From Cyanophora paradoxa CCMP329 (lineage: Eukaryota; Plantae; Glaucophyta), in assembly GCA_004431415.1 (NCBI GenBank), contig QPMI01000604.1:1-64000 (forward strand): 64,000 bases of DNA. Direction: 5' to 3'. The notes below the pieces were generated by a model, which saw only the letters and a list, made by a program, of their open reading frames with translations, had not been told where the DNA came from and did no database searches. A program made the translations under genes and the position numbers. Each line of letters opens with the position of its first letter. Position 1 is the first letter of the stretch. Shown in pieces: positions 38,869 through 50,709 of the stretch.

Positions 38869-39545
38869 ATCTCGATAGGCCTATATTGGTATAACTAGCC
38901 TAGAAGCGCTAGTTTAGGATACCGCCTGGTTCTAGTCGCCCGCCTGGCGGCCCTGGCCTGCCCAGTACTAGTGCCCGCCTCAGGGTCGCCTAGGCCGTGC
39001 GAGAAGCGGTCAAATTGGGTCAATCCGCCGCCCGCGGCCGGTCATGTTCGCTACACCGTCTTACAGGTCCGGTCGTCAATTCATATTCTCGTGAATGGGC
39101 AACTCGCCGATTCATGCGAGACCGTCGGACTCGAGCTTTTTTCCCCTTGCGACGTTTCGCGTTCGCGCGTGCGTGGCGCGGGCCGGGAGTCGACGTCGGC
39201 CTGCAGCTGGGACTTCAAGCTTCACTCCATCCCGCCTCAGCAAGAAACAGCGCCGCCTAGGCCTGCGTGCCTCGTCGTCCCTCCTCGGGCCAGCAGCAGC
39301 AGCAGGCGTGTGCCTTCGGCACTTGCTCGCCTTAAAAGCTTCAAGGTTCGCAGGCGCGCGGTCGCCCAGTTTTAATTTTGACCGGTCGCGCGCGCGCGCC
39401 GGCCGCGGGCGGCGCGCGCCGCGGCGCCGGCGACGAGCTGCACGGCCCGCGAAGCCTTAGTCCTGTAGCATTCGGCCGAGGCCCGCGCGCCGCAGCTCGG
39501 CCTGCGCGCGAGGTCTGACCGGTGCCGCGGTGCGCGCGCGCGCAG

Positions 39546-42500
39546 ATGAACATCGCTCCGGCGTCGGAGCTCCAGGCCGCCATCGACCAGGCGAAGAAGA
39601 AGCTTACGATCGTCTTTGTCGGGTCCGAGTGTGCGCGCCGAGAAGCGCCGCTGCGGCGCCGGCGCCGCTTCGCGGCCGCGCCGCGCTGACCGGACGGCGG
39701 CCCCGGCCCGACTCCGCCGCATGCATATGCGCAGGCACGCCCTGGTCGAAGACGGGTGTTACGGCAGGGGTGATTCCTAGCCAAATCCGGCGCCGAGCTA
39801 GTGTGAGGTGATCCGGCTACGTAGCCTATTGGATAGGACGCTCGCGTCCAGCGGCCTAGCGGACAGGACGTCGCGTCTGTTGTCTCCGAGACGGGTCCAC
39901 TTCCGCCGCTTCGATTCCGGAGAGGCGCGTTTCCACGGCGACCGCCGTCGACCCCCCCCAACATGTCACGAAAGGCGAGCGTCCTATCCAATAGGCTACG
40001 TAGCCGGATCACCTCACACTAGCTCGGCGCCGGATTTGGCTAGGAATCACCCCTGCCGTAACACGGGTGGCCTTGGAGATGTGTGCTGCGCCATTCTAGA
40101 TCTAGAACCCCGGCTTGCGCGCACGCGCGCGCGCGCGGGCGAGGTCCTCAGACGGAGCACGTGCAGGTCGTGCGGGACCTGCCCATCAGCCTGGCGAAGC
40201 GCGGGCACCGCGTCATGAGCATCCAGCCCCGCTACGACCAGGTGCGACCTCGACATTCCTGGCGCTCGCGCGACGTTTCGGTTCTCGGCGCGCGCTGACC
40301 GCGGCCGCGCGGCCGGCGCGCGCCCGCTCGGATTCGGCGAGCAGTACTTTGACGCCTGGTGCGACCCTGTCAGCGCTGGCCATATTCGTGGCACGTGCTC
40401 GGTTGACTGAACGGCGAATTCGAACGGGCGCGCGCAGGGACACGTCGGTGCGCGCGAGCGTCGAGATGCAAGTCAGCGCCGCCCGCAAGACCGAGGAGGT
40501 CGGCTTCTTCCACAGGTGCGGCGGGTTAACGTTGCCGGGATCAAATTGGGGCCATCTCGGCTTAGACGAGCGACCGTCGGACATTCCTTTAATTTCAAGC
40601 ATCATGATCGTAATCAGTGAATAAAATGTTTCCATAGGTGCAAATTGCAGGGGCCTCCCGGAGTCCTTGATCTAATGGAGGCGTTAACGTTCCCTTTTTA
40701 TTTATTGAATTTTAAAATAAGAAGCGCCCCCGCCTGCCCTGTGCACTTTCGATTCACCTGACGAGCGCCGCGGGCGCCCGCAGCGTCGCGAAGGGCGTCG
40801 ACCGCGTCTTCGTCGACCACCCCTGGTTCCTCGCCAAAGTCTGGGTGCGCTCCTCCTCCGACAAACTTTATCGTCCTTATCGTCCTATCGTACCGAGCGC
40901 TAGCGTTCTACTGATCTTTCAACACGTTTATTTCCGCGCAGGGGATGACGGGGAACAAGCTGTACGGGACCAAGGCCGGCGTGGACTACCCCGACAACGC
41001 CCTCCGCTTCGCCCTCCTCTGCCGCGCCGCCCTCGAGGCCCCCCTCCGCGTGCGCCTCGAATTTATGAACATATATCGAACTACATTTCGATCCATCTTG
41101 ATTTCGAACTAGCGAATATCTTGACTTCGATTTATTACCACTTTATACAGCGAATCTAAATATATACCACCTTGACTTTATAGCATCATAATATATATTT
41201 CGAGCGTCGAATTCGAATTTCACTTGTTCTGCGTCGACGTCAGATTCCGCTGCCGGACCCGTCGGGGGCGCCCTACGGGGAGGAGGTCCTCTTCGTCTGC
41301 AACGACTGGCACGCCGCCCTCCTGCCCCTCTACCTCAAGGTGCCTGGATTTGATTTAACTATAAGAATTTGATTATGTTCATGCTTTGAATTCGTGGACT
41401 CTCTAATGATTTTAATCTGTTCAAACGCCGCCCTCCTGCCCCTCTACCTCAAGGTGTTTATCTCTCTGATGATTTGATTCTTCTTGAACTCTAGCTGTTC
41501 GACAATATTAATATGTATTCAATATGTTCCTCCCCTTCTACCTATAGGCTATTGAATTAAATTACATGCTTTGTATGTGCTTTGTATTGGTGGATGCTTT
41601 AGTGGCTGTTTAATGATTTGATATCGATCCTGATCGAATTCATGCTTTGAGTATTCGATCTGACCGGTGCCGGCCCCGCAGGCACACTACAAGAGCCGCG
41701 GGGTGTACAAGGGCGCGCGGGTCGTCTTCCTCCTCCACAACATCATCTACCAGGCAACCAAACCCAACTGAAACCTGAACCAAACATTTCTACATTAGAA
41801 ATTGCAAATCGGGCTTTCCGAAACAATGCTCCAAACAAAATTTGTCTACTAGGCTAGCTCTTCGCGATCGTTCGCATGACGAGCCCCGCGCTCTCGCGAT
41901 CATCTACATTTACCAGCTAGGCAACCGAGTCTGATAACGAAGCCAACCAAAACCTAAACATTCGTCTAACTCTTCCTTCTTTTATACGACTAACTCTGCG
42001 ATCCGCGCAGGGGCGCTTCCCCGTGGAGTTCTGGCCGGCGCTGGGCCTCCCCGAGGCGGCCCGCCGGGACCTCGCCTTCTCCTCCTGCTTCGCCCCCCCG
42101 CCCCTCGACGGCGTCTCCGACCAGCGTCCGCCCGTTAACCCTTCGTATACGTTAACGTTAACTAAGCTTTAATTTCGATCGCAGCGATCATCTCCCTCGA
42201 GCCGATGGCCATGCTGAACTACCTCCAGGCGGTGCAATCGTTGATTTAATTTAATCTCTTAATCTTATTTGGTGCCATAAATGCAATTATAATTAAATCA
42301 AAACTGTCCCTGTGTGAGCTCAATCGATTATCTATAGCTATATAGCTAGATGAGCTCTAGACGATCGCGAGCTTAATTCTCAACGAGGCGTAGTAAGAAG
42401 ATACATTGCACGCTCAAGCATTCCTAGACGTTTAATTTTGAGTTTTCAACTTCATCCTCTCACTCGCTTGCCCCCACGCGCGCATGCGCAGGGCTTCATC

Positions 42501-45443
42501 CACGCGGACCGCCTCTGCACGGTCTCGCCCCAGTTCGCCGCCGAGGTCGCCTCGGGCCCCCGCGGCGGCGTCGAGCTCGACACGTTCATCCGCGCCAAGG
42601 GCATCACTGTGCGCTGGCGCCGCGAACTTCGCAAACTTAAAGAATTCGCTACGTTTTTGGATTGTTAGTTGCACTGACTGCTAGTTCTTTATATACCGGC
42701 GCCAAGGTATATATAAGAACTAGCAGTCAGTACAGGGCAATCAGAACTAGCAACAGGTATATATATATATATACAGGGCATCACCGTGCGCTGGCGCCAG
42801 CGCCGGCGCCGGCGCTCCCATGGCCAATGCATATGCGAACTTCGCCTAAACCAATTCTAAAGAGAATTCGCTACGTGTCAGCCTGGCAGAGTGTTAATTT
42901 AACTGGATGTTAGTTATATACCTTTTAAAATCTTACATGACTCGGGAGGATTATGTGCGCAGGGGATCATGAACGGGGTGGACGTGGGGACGTGGGACCC
43001 GCAGGCGGACGTCTTCATCGTGACCCGCTACGGCCCCGCGAGCGTCGAGGAGGGCAAGGCCGCCAACAAGGCCGTCCTCCAGGCGCGTCTTTGCTTAATC
43101 GAACCCATTCTTTTCTAGCTTCTCTTATATATGGAAACATAATAAGCACCCCTTACCTTTGGTCTCTTCTGCGCATTCTTCCACTCTTCTTCTTCTACCT
43201 TTTTTCATTTTAATGCCACGCATTCTTCCTTAGCGTTTCTAGCGTCGCTTCTTTATTAAAACTTGACTCACTGTGGACTTCTTTAATTAATTTGCCTTAT
43301 TCATTTCGGTCTTTTAACTCACAGTGGACGTGGGCGCGCAGGGGCAGATGGGCCTGAAGGTGTCCCCCACGACGCCCCTCGTCGCCTTCGTCGGGCGCCT
43401 CGACGACCAGAAGGGTGCCCGAGCTCCCTTGCTCTCGACTTCTTTCGAATTCTAACTTTCGAATTCTTTGCAGGGGCGGACTGCCTGCTGGAGGCCCTGC
43501 CCTACCTCGTCAACACCCTCGGCGCCCAGGTGCGCGATGCGATGCCTTTACTTTAAATTCTCGATGCCCGAAGCTCCTGTAGCTAATTCTCTCAAAGCTC
43601 TCAAAGACCCAATCTTTTGTAATTTCGTCGCCCCTTCTCTCATCTTTCGTGCGCTTCGGGCAGGTCGTGTGCTACGGGACGGGGCGGGAGGACCTCGTCG
43701 CCCAGTTCAAGGCCCTCGAGAAGCTGTACCCGGGGATGGCCAAGGGGAAGACCGCCTTCGTCCCCAAAGAGGAGCACACGGTCCGCCGCATTTAGTTAAA
43801 GTTTCTAGGCATCCAATTGATATTAAGAGATATCGATCTAATTATATATAATGCCTGCACTCTGATGATCGTTTAAATGCGATGTGTCCCCAACGAGGAG
43901 CACACGGTCCGCCGCGTCCATCGCTTCCAGAAGTCCGATTTCATAGATTGAATTAAGTGCCCGCCTTCTGCAAATCGTTTGATTGCGATGCTTTCGATCC
44001 TATTTATGCTGTCTTTAATCCACCCCTTCCTCATACACGAGTATTCCCTTTCTCGAGCTCGACCGCGGCGCTCACCCCCGGCGATCGGCCGCGCAGCTGA
44101 TGGCGGGGGCGGACTACATCGTCGTCCCCTCGCGCTTCGAGCCCTGCGGCCTCGTCCAGCTCCACGCCATGCGGGTCCGCCAAAATAGAAGACGGCTTTA
44201 GAAATATTCTGATCGTGTCTACCGAATAAAATCTCTTTCCAGCTTGGTCATTATTTAATTTTATCTGACCTCTCTACTCTGTTGTTCTAATTATAATTAC
44301 CGATATCGATGCTAATCGTTCACGCGCAGTACGGGACAGTACCGATCGTGTCGTGCACGGGGGGCCTCAAGGACAGCGTCACCCCGCAGTGCGGCTTCAC
44401 CTTCGAGGAGGTGCGCAAATATTAACGCGCATGCTAGCTTTAGTTAATATGACGTCGCGGCGTTTAATGCGGAGGTCGAAGGAAGAAAGAGGCGTGCTAA
44501 TAAAGAGAAATGAAAAAGAATTAGGCCGTGTTGATCGCGCTTTAGGTATTGGATATGCGCTTATCTCTAGCTCATCTAGATCTCTCCGTGATCATGAAAA
44601 TTGAGATTTTATTTAGTTGGTTTATCTGAGTCGGCTTGGGCCTAGGCCTTGATCATGATAACGCGCTGTTTACGCTCTAGACGTGCACGTCACGGCGTGT
44701 GCTAATTATAATATTTATACTCGAGTCCGTGCACGTGTGCTAATTATAATATTTATACTCGAGTCGCTGATCGTGATCGCTTCTGGAAATGGCCCCGCAG
44801 ATCCCGTCGCCGGAGTACCCCGGGATGAAGATCACGCCGGACCTGCTGGCCAAGGGGGCCCGCATCATCGAGGCCGGCTGCAAGGAGGCCCTCGCCGCCT
44901 ACGGCACCAAGGTCCGCGGAGACCAAGCTTAAGGCTAGGGACCGGCGGGCCGGGGCTTCTCCTCTAACGTATTTGAATTTCGGCCTTCAGCTTGAGTTTA
45001 AGCCGAAGCTTAATAAGATGAAGGGGCCGTGGCGGCTCAAGCTTCTCCTCTGACTCTGACTCTCCTTCGTCGGCCCTGCAGGCGCTCACGGAGATGCGGC
45101 GGGCGTGCATGCGGCAGGACTTCCGCTGGGCCACCCGCGTCCTCCTCTACGAGAAGGTCCTTATAAATAGCTTACGTATAATTTACAAGGCACTTATTTA
45201 CTTGTTGTTTGACAGGTCTTCTACGAGACGCTCGGGATCGAGCGCGGGGCGCCGGCCACGCCGAAGGAGGCCCCCGTGGCGCCCGTCCCCTCCGCCGCCC
45301 CCAAGCCCGCCGACCTCGAGGCGGCGCAGGCGCCTCAGGCTCCGGTCCCCGCGGCCGGCCCCGCCACCGCGGCGCCGACGCCGGCGCGCGAGTCGTCGTC
45401 GCGGGCACCGGTACCCCCGGTCCGCAAGGCCGTCAAGGCCTAG
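39546..45443 (+). CDS. GBSS: Granule-bound starch synthase (GT5), ~20 exons, interrupted by a MITE in the KTGGL motif
   Basis: [35 protein letters not shown][insertion][79 protein letters not shown]. Pro/Ala-rich tail ends at TAG 45443. Confidence 0.95.
39757..40063. mobile_element. 307-bp MITE with 89-bp perfect TIRs (TGT...ACA) and 4-bp TSD CGGG; Ginger-like signature
   Basis: 39757-39845 is the exact reverse complement of 39975-40063. CGGG occurs at 39753-39756 and 40064-40067. Removing the element and one TSD restores AAG ACG GGT GGC CTT (KTGGL). Confidence 0.95.
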
Positions 45444-46090
45444 GCCGGCGCCCAGGCCCGCCCGCCCCCACGCAGCAGCCGCAGCTCACGTACGTATACG
45501 TTCCCTTGGGCAACGAATCCGAGCATCGATATCGATATCGATATCGGTGTTCTGGCGAACGTAGCGTTCGGCGCCGTAGTAGTATTTGGCGCCGAGATTT
45601 CCTCTAGATCTAGCAGGCAATTTTGCTTTCGGCTCGGCGACGTCGATATCGCTATCGCTTCTCGCTGAGTCAGATATCTATCCACGTTAACGTTATTAGA
45701 ATATCTTTTCTTTCGTGAGCTGCACTGCTGCAGCTGCAGGCAATTTTGGTTTCCATATAATATAGGCAGTTACTTTGCACTCATGAGCACGTCCGAGCCT
45801 TGTTTAAATTTATGCTACAGTTTTCGAATTCAAGGCCAATTTTGGAAAAGTGTTCGATTCCAGTAGAAACGCAATCTAGATCTACGTGTGATAGCCGCAA
45901 ACAATCGAAATATATACAGCATTGCGACTGCGTCGCAGGCAGGATCTTCGGGATTCCGAGGCCTCGCATATATATTGAAGAGAATATTCGAGGGAGCTCG
46001 GCATCGCATTTGAAGAGGCCTCACAGGGAGGAGGAGGGAGATATTGGAAGTCTCACAGAAGTTCTGCGAAGATCTAGTTGAGCAGTGCTC

Positions 46091-47742
46091 TTAGGATTCG
46101 GGCCGGAGGATGCCCCGGAGGCTCGGGGGGAGGTACGGCCGCGTCGGCCGCGCGGCCGCGGGCGGGGCGGGCGTGGCGGCGGAGGCGGGGGCGGAGCTCG
46201 AGGCGCCGGAAGATCTAGAGTGGGCGGCCGCGGGTCGCCGGTGCAGCGGGGGCGGGGCCGAGGGGCCCTGCGGGGGTGCCGGGGGCTCCGGGGCCCGAAC
46301 GGAGGCTGCCCGCGGCCGACCGGAGGCGGGCTGCCCGGCACGCGGGGCGGCACCCTCGCCGCAGCGGTAGGGGCAGCCGGCGCCCCACGCCGCGATGCAG
46401 AGGCGGTGGAACTGGTCTGCGCCGGACGACTCGTGCTCAGCGAAAGCGAATGGACGTATACGTAAGTAAATTTGCGTGGCGCGAGTCAGCACGAGTCAGC
46501 AGCTCTAGAGCGCGCGAACTGGAAATTTAAACTGCGCATGTGCAGAAATAAATTGGGATGGCGCACGGCCGCAGGGGAGGGCGGCAAGGGCGGGCCCCGG
46601 GGCCATGGCCGCGAGGCAGATCGGGCACTCGAGCTCCTCCGGATCGTCGCCGGCCGACGGGGGCCTGCCGCTTTGCTCGGACATGCTTATATAATTAAAA
46701 CATTTGCTCGGAGAAGCTTATAGATAGCATATATAAGATCGTAGCTGAAGCGCACGATGCCTCTGCAGCTGGAAACGTCGCTCCCTTCGAATTCTCCGGG
46801 CGCCTGCTCCTCAAGATTTCTTCTTGGAGCTGCGCATGCCGCCGCTGCTGCTCCTCCTCCAGCTGCTCTTCCTCCCGCCGCCGCCGTTCGTCCTCCAGCT
46901 CCCGCTGGCGTCTCGCCTCCTCCTCGAGCTCCCGCCTCCGCTGCTCCGCGCGCCGCGCCTCCACCTCGACCTCGATCTCCTGCCGCAGCTCCCGGATCCT
47001 GCGCATGTGCGCGCAAGGTCAAGATGCGTTGTATTTGAAAGGCTGTCATGATCATGATCATTCGGTTCAGGGGAAGATCCATATAGAGGACGTCGCACCG
47101 GCTGAGCATATCGGCGCCGGAGCTTTGTGAGGTACCGGCTGAGCCAGCGTTTGTGAGGTGGCGCTCGCAGTTCCCCGCCTCCCGCACGGCCGCCTCCAGC
47201 TCGCCCGCCCCCGCCATGCACCCTGCCCACAATCTCATACATTCAAAACGCGAAACAAACGTTAACACACACGAAGAACGAGTCGCGCACGGATGCGGAG
47301 CAGACGCGCCTCAGGGTCACCGGGCGACCGCTATATTATCAAAATGTTGCGAAACGCGGCCAATTAGTCCCGCGCTGAAGGTTAGAGCGTTCGTCTCAAA
47401 GTAAGCTGAAAGCCGCGCGCCTTTAGAAGCGCATCGAGGAGGGGGCGGGCGCGTGTCCAGTTCGACTTCCCGACGAGCTTCTGAGCTGTTTTCTGCCGAA
47501 GATTGACGATCTAGTTTCAGAGCAAGTGCGGAAATCTAACAGTTTGCGAGCGCTAGTGAAATTACCCGGTCTGCAGCATCGCGGGCGTCCCGCTCGGCAC
47601 GCTCGGCCTCCTGTTTCAACTGCTGGCGCTTCTCCTCGGCCCGCTTCTGCTCCTCCCTAGCCTGCCGCCGCGTATGCACCGCAGCGTCGACGTCCGACCT
47701 TTTCGCAGAATTCCGCGATCGTGAATGGCCCATGCTGGCCAT
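46091..47742 (-). CDS. Coiled-coil + RING-H2 finger protein (putative E3 ligase; 5' extent uncertain)
   Basis: Spliced ECPICLAAMAPGPALAALPCG/HQFHRLCIAAWGAGCPYRC, preceded by E/R-rich helices at 46830-47006 and 47570-47700. Confidence 0.7.
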
Positions 47743-47799
47743 GGGCTGCGAAGGAATTTTGCGAAGCACTCCAGTGCGCGCGGTATGCTCGAGACGCTG

Positions 47800-49700
47800 A
47801 AAACATATTAAATCGCGATTAGAAAGTTCTTCGGAAGGTTTTTGATACATGCGCTGCGAGCAGTCTACGAACCAGAATAAATGCTTCCGGCGACAAACTG
47901 AACGTGTTTGCACCAGCAGGCAGCCTCCCCGCCTGCCTGTAAAACTCGAGCATTTTCTGATGCAGGCAATTAAACGATAAAACATCAATATTATAATCGG
48001 ACTACATAACAAAGCCTCGCCTCTGCATAGAAGACGATAATATCGGAGTTGAACACGTGTCCCCAAAGACGCTTCTCCTCGTGATCAAACGGGAAGTGTA
48101 GAATTTGATGCAAATCCAGAAGGGCCTGTTCTGTAGAGCAGTGTAGCAATCCGAAGGTCCTCTCGTGCGAGAGAATAGCTCGCTGTGCGAAAAGTAAATC
48201 CCGTAAAGTTGTGGAGCGAAAGAGCGCACGTAGGGAGACGCACTCGATTATACGACACGGCCTCGTCCCAGCGACGCGCGTCCATGTGCAAAAATGTAAG
48301 ACAATACAGGATATGGAGGGATTCCTCGGCGAAGCGTTCTCCTTGTCCGAGGCTTTGCTCTGTTTCGATGAGAGCGCGCTGCGTGCCAAAATGCAGATCT
48401 AAATGAGTTAAGGATACTTTTGATTTGCAGCCTGCAAAAACCACCCACCTCCAAATACGACTTAGCCCTGAAAAAATCCGATTTGCTTTCAAAGAGATGT
48501 CGTCCAAGATGTATCAGCGCAAATCCAAGAACATTTTCCTTCTTGCAGGATGCACACGCCCGTTCCGCAATCTCCAGGTTCAGCTGAGCGTGCGGACTCT
48601 CACGAAACTGCACCGCGAATGCATGGACGCCGGATCGGGACCGCTAACGCGCCTGCAGGATCTGTTCCGTTTCGCGCGGATGTCCTGCATCGGAAAATAG
48701 CCCGGATAGCCGTAGAAGGAAGTCCTTGCAACTGTTACGTATACTGCAGCAGCGCGATGCCAGTCGCTGCTCATTGCCGGAGTCGCGGTCGCTCTTGATC
48801 GCCAACTGAGTGGGAATTTGCAAGGAATTATGTAATCAACATTACATGAATGGGATTAGAACGCACCTGATAATACGTCCAGGCGGCCTCGCGATCCGAC
48901 AGTTGGAGGCTGACGAGTGCGAGATTGCTTAGCAAATTTGCGACGTGATCGGAATCGTCGCTGGGTGTGGCGTGCTGCTTGGTGATGTCCAGTGCCTCCT
49001 GCATTTTGAGCACAATATCAAAATCTTATAGTTATAATTAGCGCAAAAATTTATCTTGTCAGTCGCACCAGGTAGGCCTGCTTTGCAGTAGAGTAGTCTC
49101 CCAAACTCTGGCGAATTTCGCCATAGAGCGTTGCGTGCCTTACGAGATTTCCCGGAGACGCAGCACGCAGAAGCTCGTCCCGACGCTTTTCGTCGAAAAG
49201 GCGGGGAATGAGGAAGCGCTGCAGACTTAAGGAGTCAAGAATAGAAAAGATCTAGAGCATGGCAAGAGTATAGCAAGGAGTCCCTGGCACCTCGTGCAAC
49301 TGCAACGCAATCATGAAACCTGCCCCGATCCACAGGCTGCAATTTGCGAGTCTAAGAGCGTAAGCGACCGACGTCAAGCTTTGCGCCCCACGCCTGGCGA
49401 CGAATTCTTCATGTTCATCCTGCATTAAAAAATAATAAGCAGAAGACTTTCATTTAACGCGACTTCGAAAACTTTCGAATTCGGGAATCACGTGAAAGAG
49501 CTAATTAATTATATTATAAGCGCACGTTCCACCGGGTCCAGCAGGCCTCGAGCTCCATGCGGCTTTCGGGCCGCGTCTGCCCCATTGCCTCCAGGCGGAG
49601 GACGAAATCCGCGCAGAAGGCAGCATCGTCGGCGGCATCCGGAGAGCGCGCCTCCTCGCACTGTTGGCACGTGCACTCGTGCTTGCACGCCCACGGGCGT
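47800..49700 (-). CDS. TPR-like and Cys-cluster exons of a poorly resolved gene, possibly the 5' part of the RING gene
   Basis: Fragments ALYGEIRQSLGDYSTAKQAYL, VANLLSNLALVSLQLSDREAAWTYYQ, ERACASCKKE and CKHECTCQQC. AT-richer introns; no complete model could be built. Confidence 0.35.
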
Positions 49701-50709
49701 GGAGGCTCGAGCTCGGGCCTGGTTCAAGGTGGTGGATCAGCGGGCCGGGATCAAAAGATCAGCACATACAGCCGCGCAATCGCGGTCTCGCACTGGAGCT
49801 GCATGCACTCGACGCATTGGAAAACTTTGGTGCTATCGCTGCCGAGCTTGAAAACGTGCAGCTGTACATCTCGCGCTCGGGTTTCGCGACAACAGACCGC
49901 GCGCAGCCATTCTCACCGTGGAAAGAGTCGAATTCGAAGAGAAATCAATACCGGTTGCCTGCGCATATAGATGCATGCATAAGTCGACGCGTACGCACGC
50001 GCGCGAGGCTTGCGCGACGCGCGCGATCAGACCTCATGCAAAAACTCGTCGAAGGCGCGAACGTCTGTATACGTATTTAGCTCTCGGAACTTGCGTTCTA
50101 GATCGGAACTGGCCATCAATTTCGCGGATCTCGGCGTGCAAAAGCACGAATTGCGGATCCACGCGTGGCTTCTTCTTGAGCGTCCGGCCGTGCACGCGTA
50201 CGTGTCCCTCTAGATCTAGCTAGCTCGGCCCATTCCTCCCCTAGCTAGGCCTCCTCCCTTGATCCCCTCGAGCTCTCGAGCTGATCCCCCCGGGGTTATA
50301 TACCCCCGGGGTTATAATTAACACACAAGCCCCCCTTGAACACGTTCAACCTCCAACCTCTCTCGCCTATATATATTCCATCGTCCGGGATCCCGGACGC
50401 AACTTTCGCAGCAATCCTGCTTTTGCAGCAATCCTCTTAATTCGTCGCTTTTCTCGCTTTAATTTGATCATATGCATCCAATTTCGAAACACACTGGCGG
50501 ACCAGAACCCCGCCCTCGCTTGCCGCCTTCCTACTCGTTGCCGGAGGCCGGAGATACGGTCTCTCCTTTGATCATCCAATTTCGCAGTCTTTTCGAGCCA
50601 ATTTCGACCAGATCCTACTGTAGACCGCTCCCCCCCCCCCCCCCCGCGCTCTTCGAGCTCTAGATCTCCCTCTCCATTCGATGGAATTTCGGGAGTTTTA
50701 CGCCGCCCC

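Noticed and set aside
39757-40063. MITE acting as a cleanly spliced introner
   Set aside because: GT donors exist at the left end, but no AG lies at the right junction. Available in-frame acceptors leave extra residues inside KTGGL.
50210-50370. CCCCCGGGGTTATA direct repeat and CTAG-rich tract as a Helitron or other TE terminus
   Set aside because: No matching second terminus or TSD could be identified.
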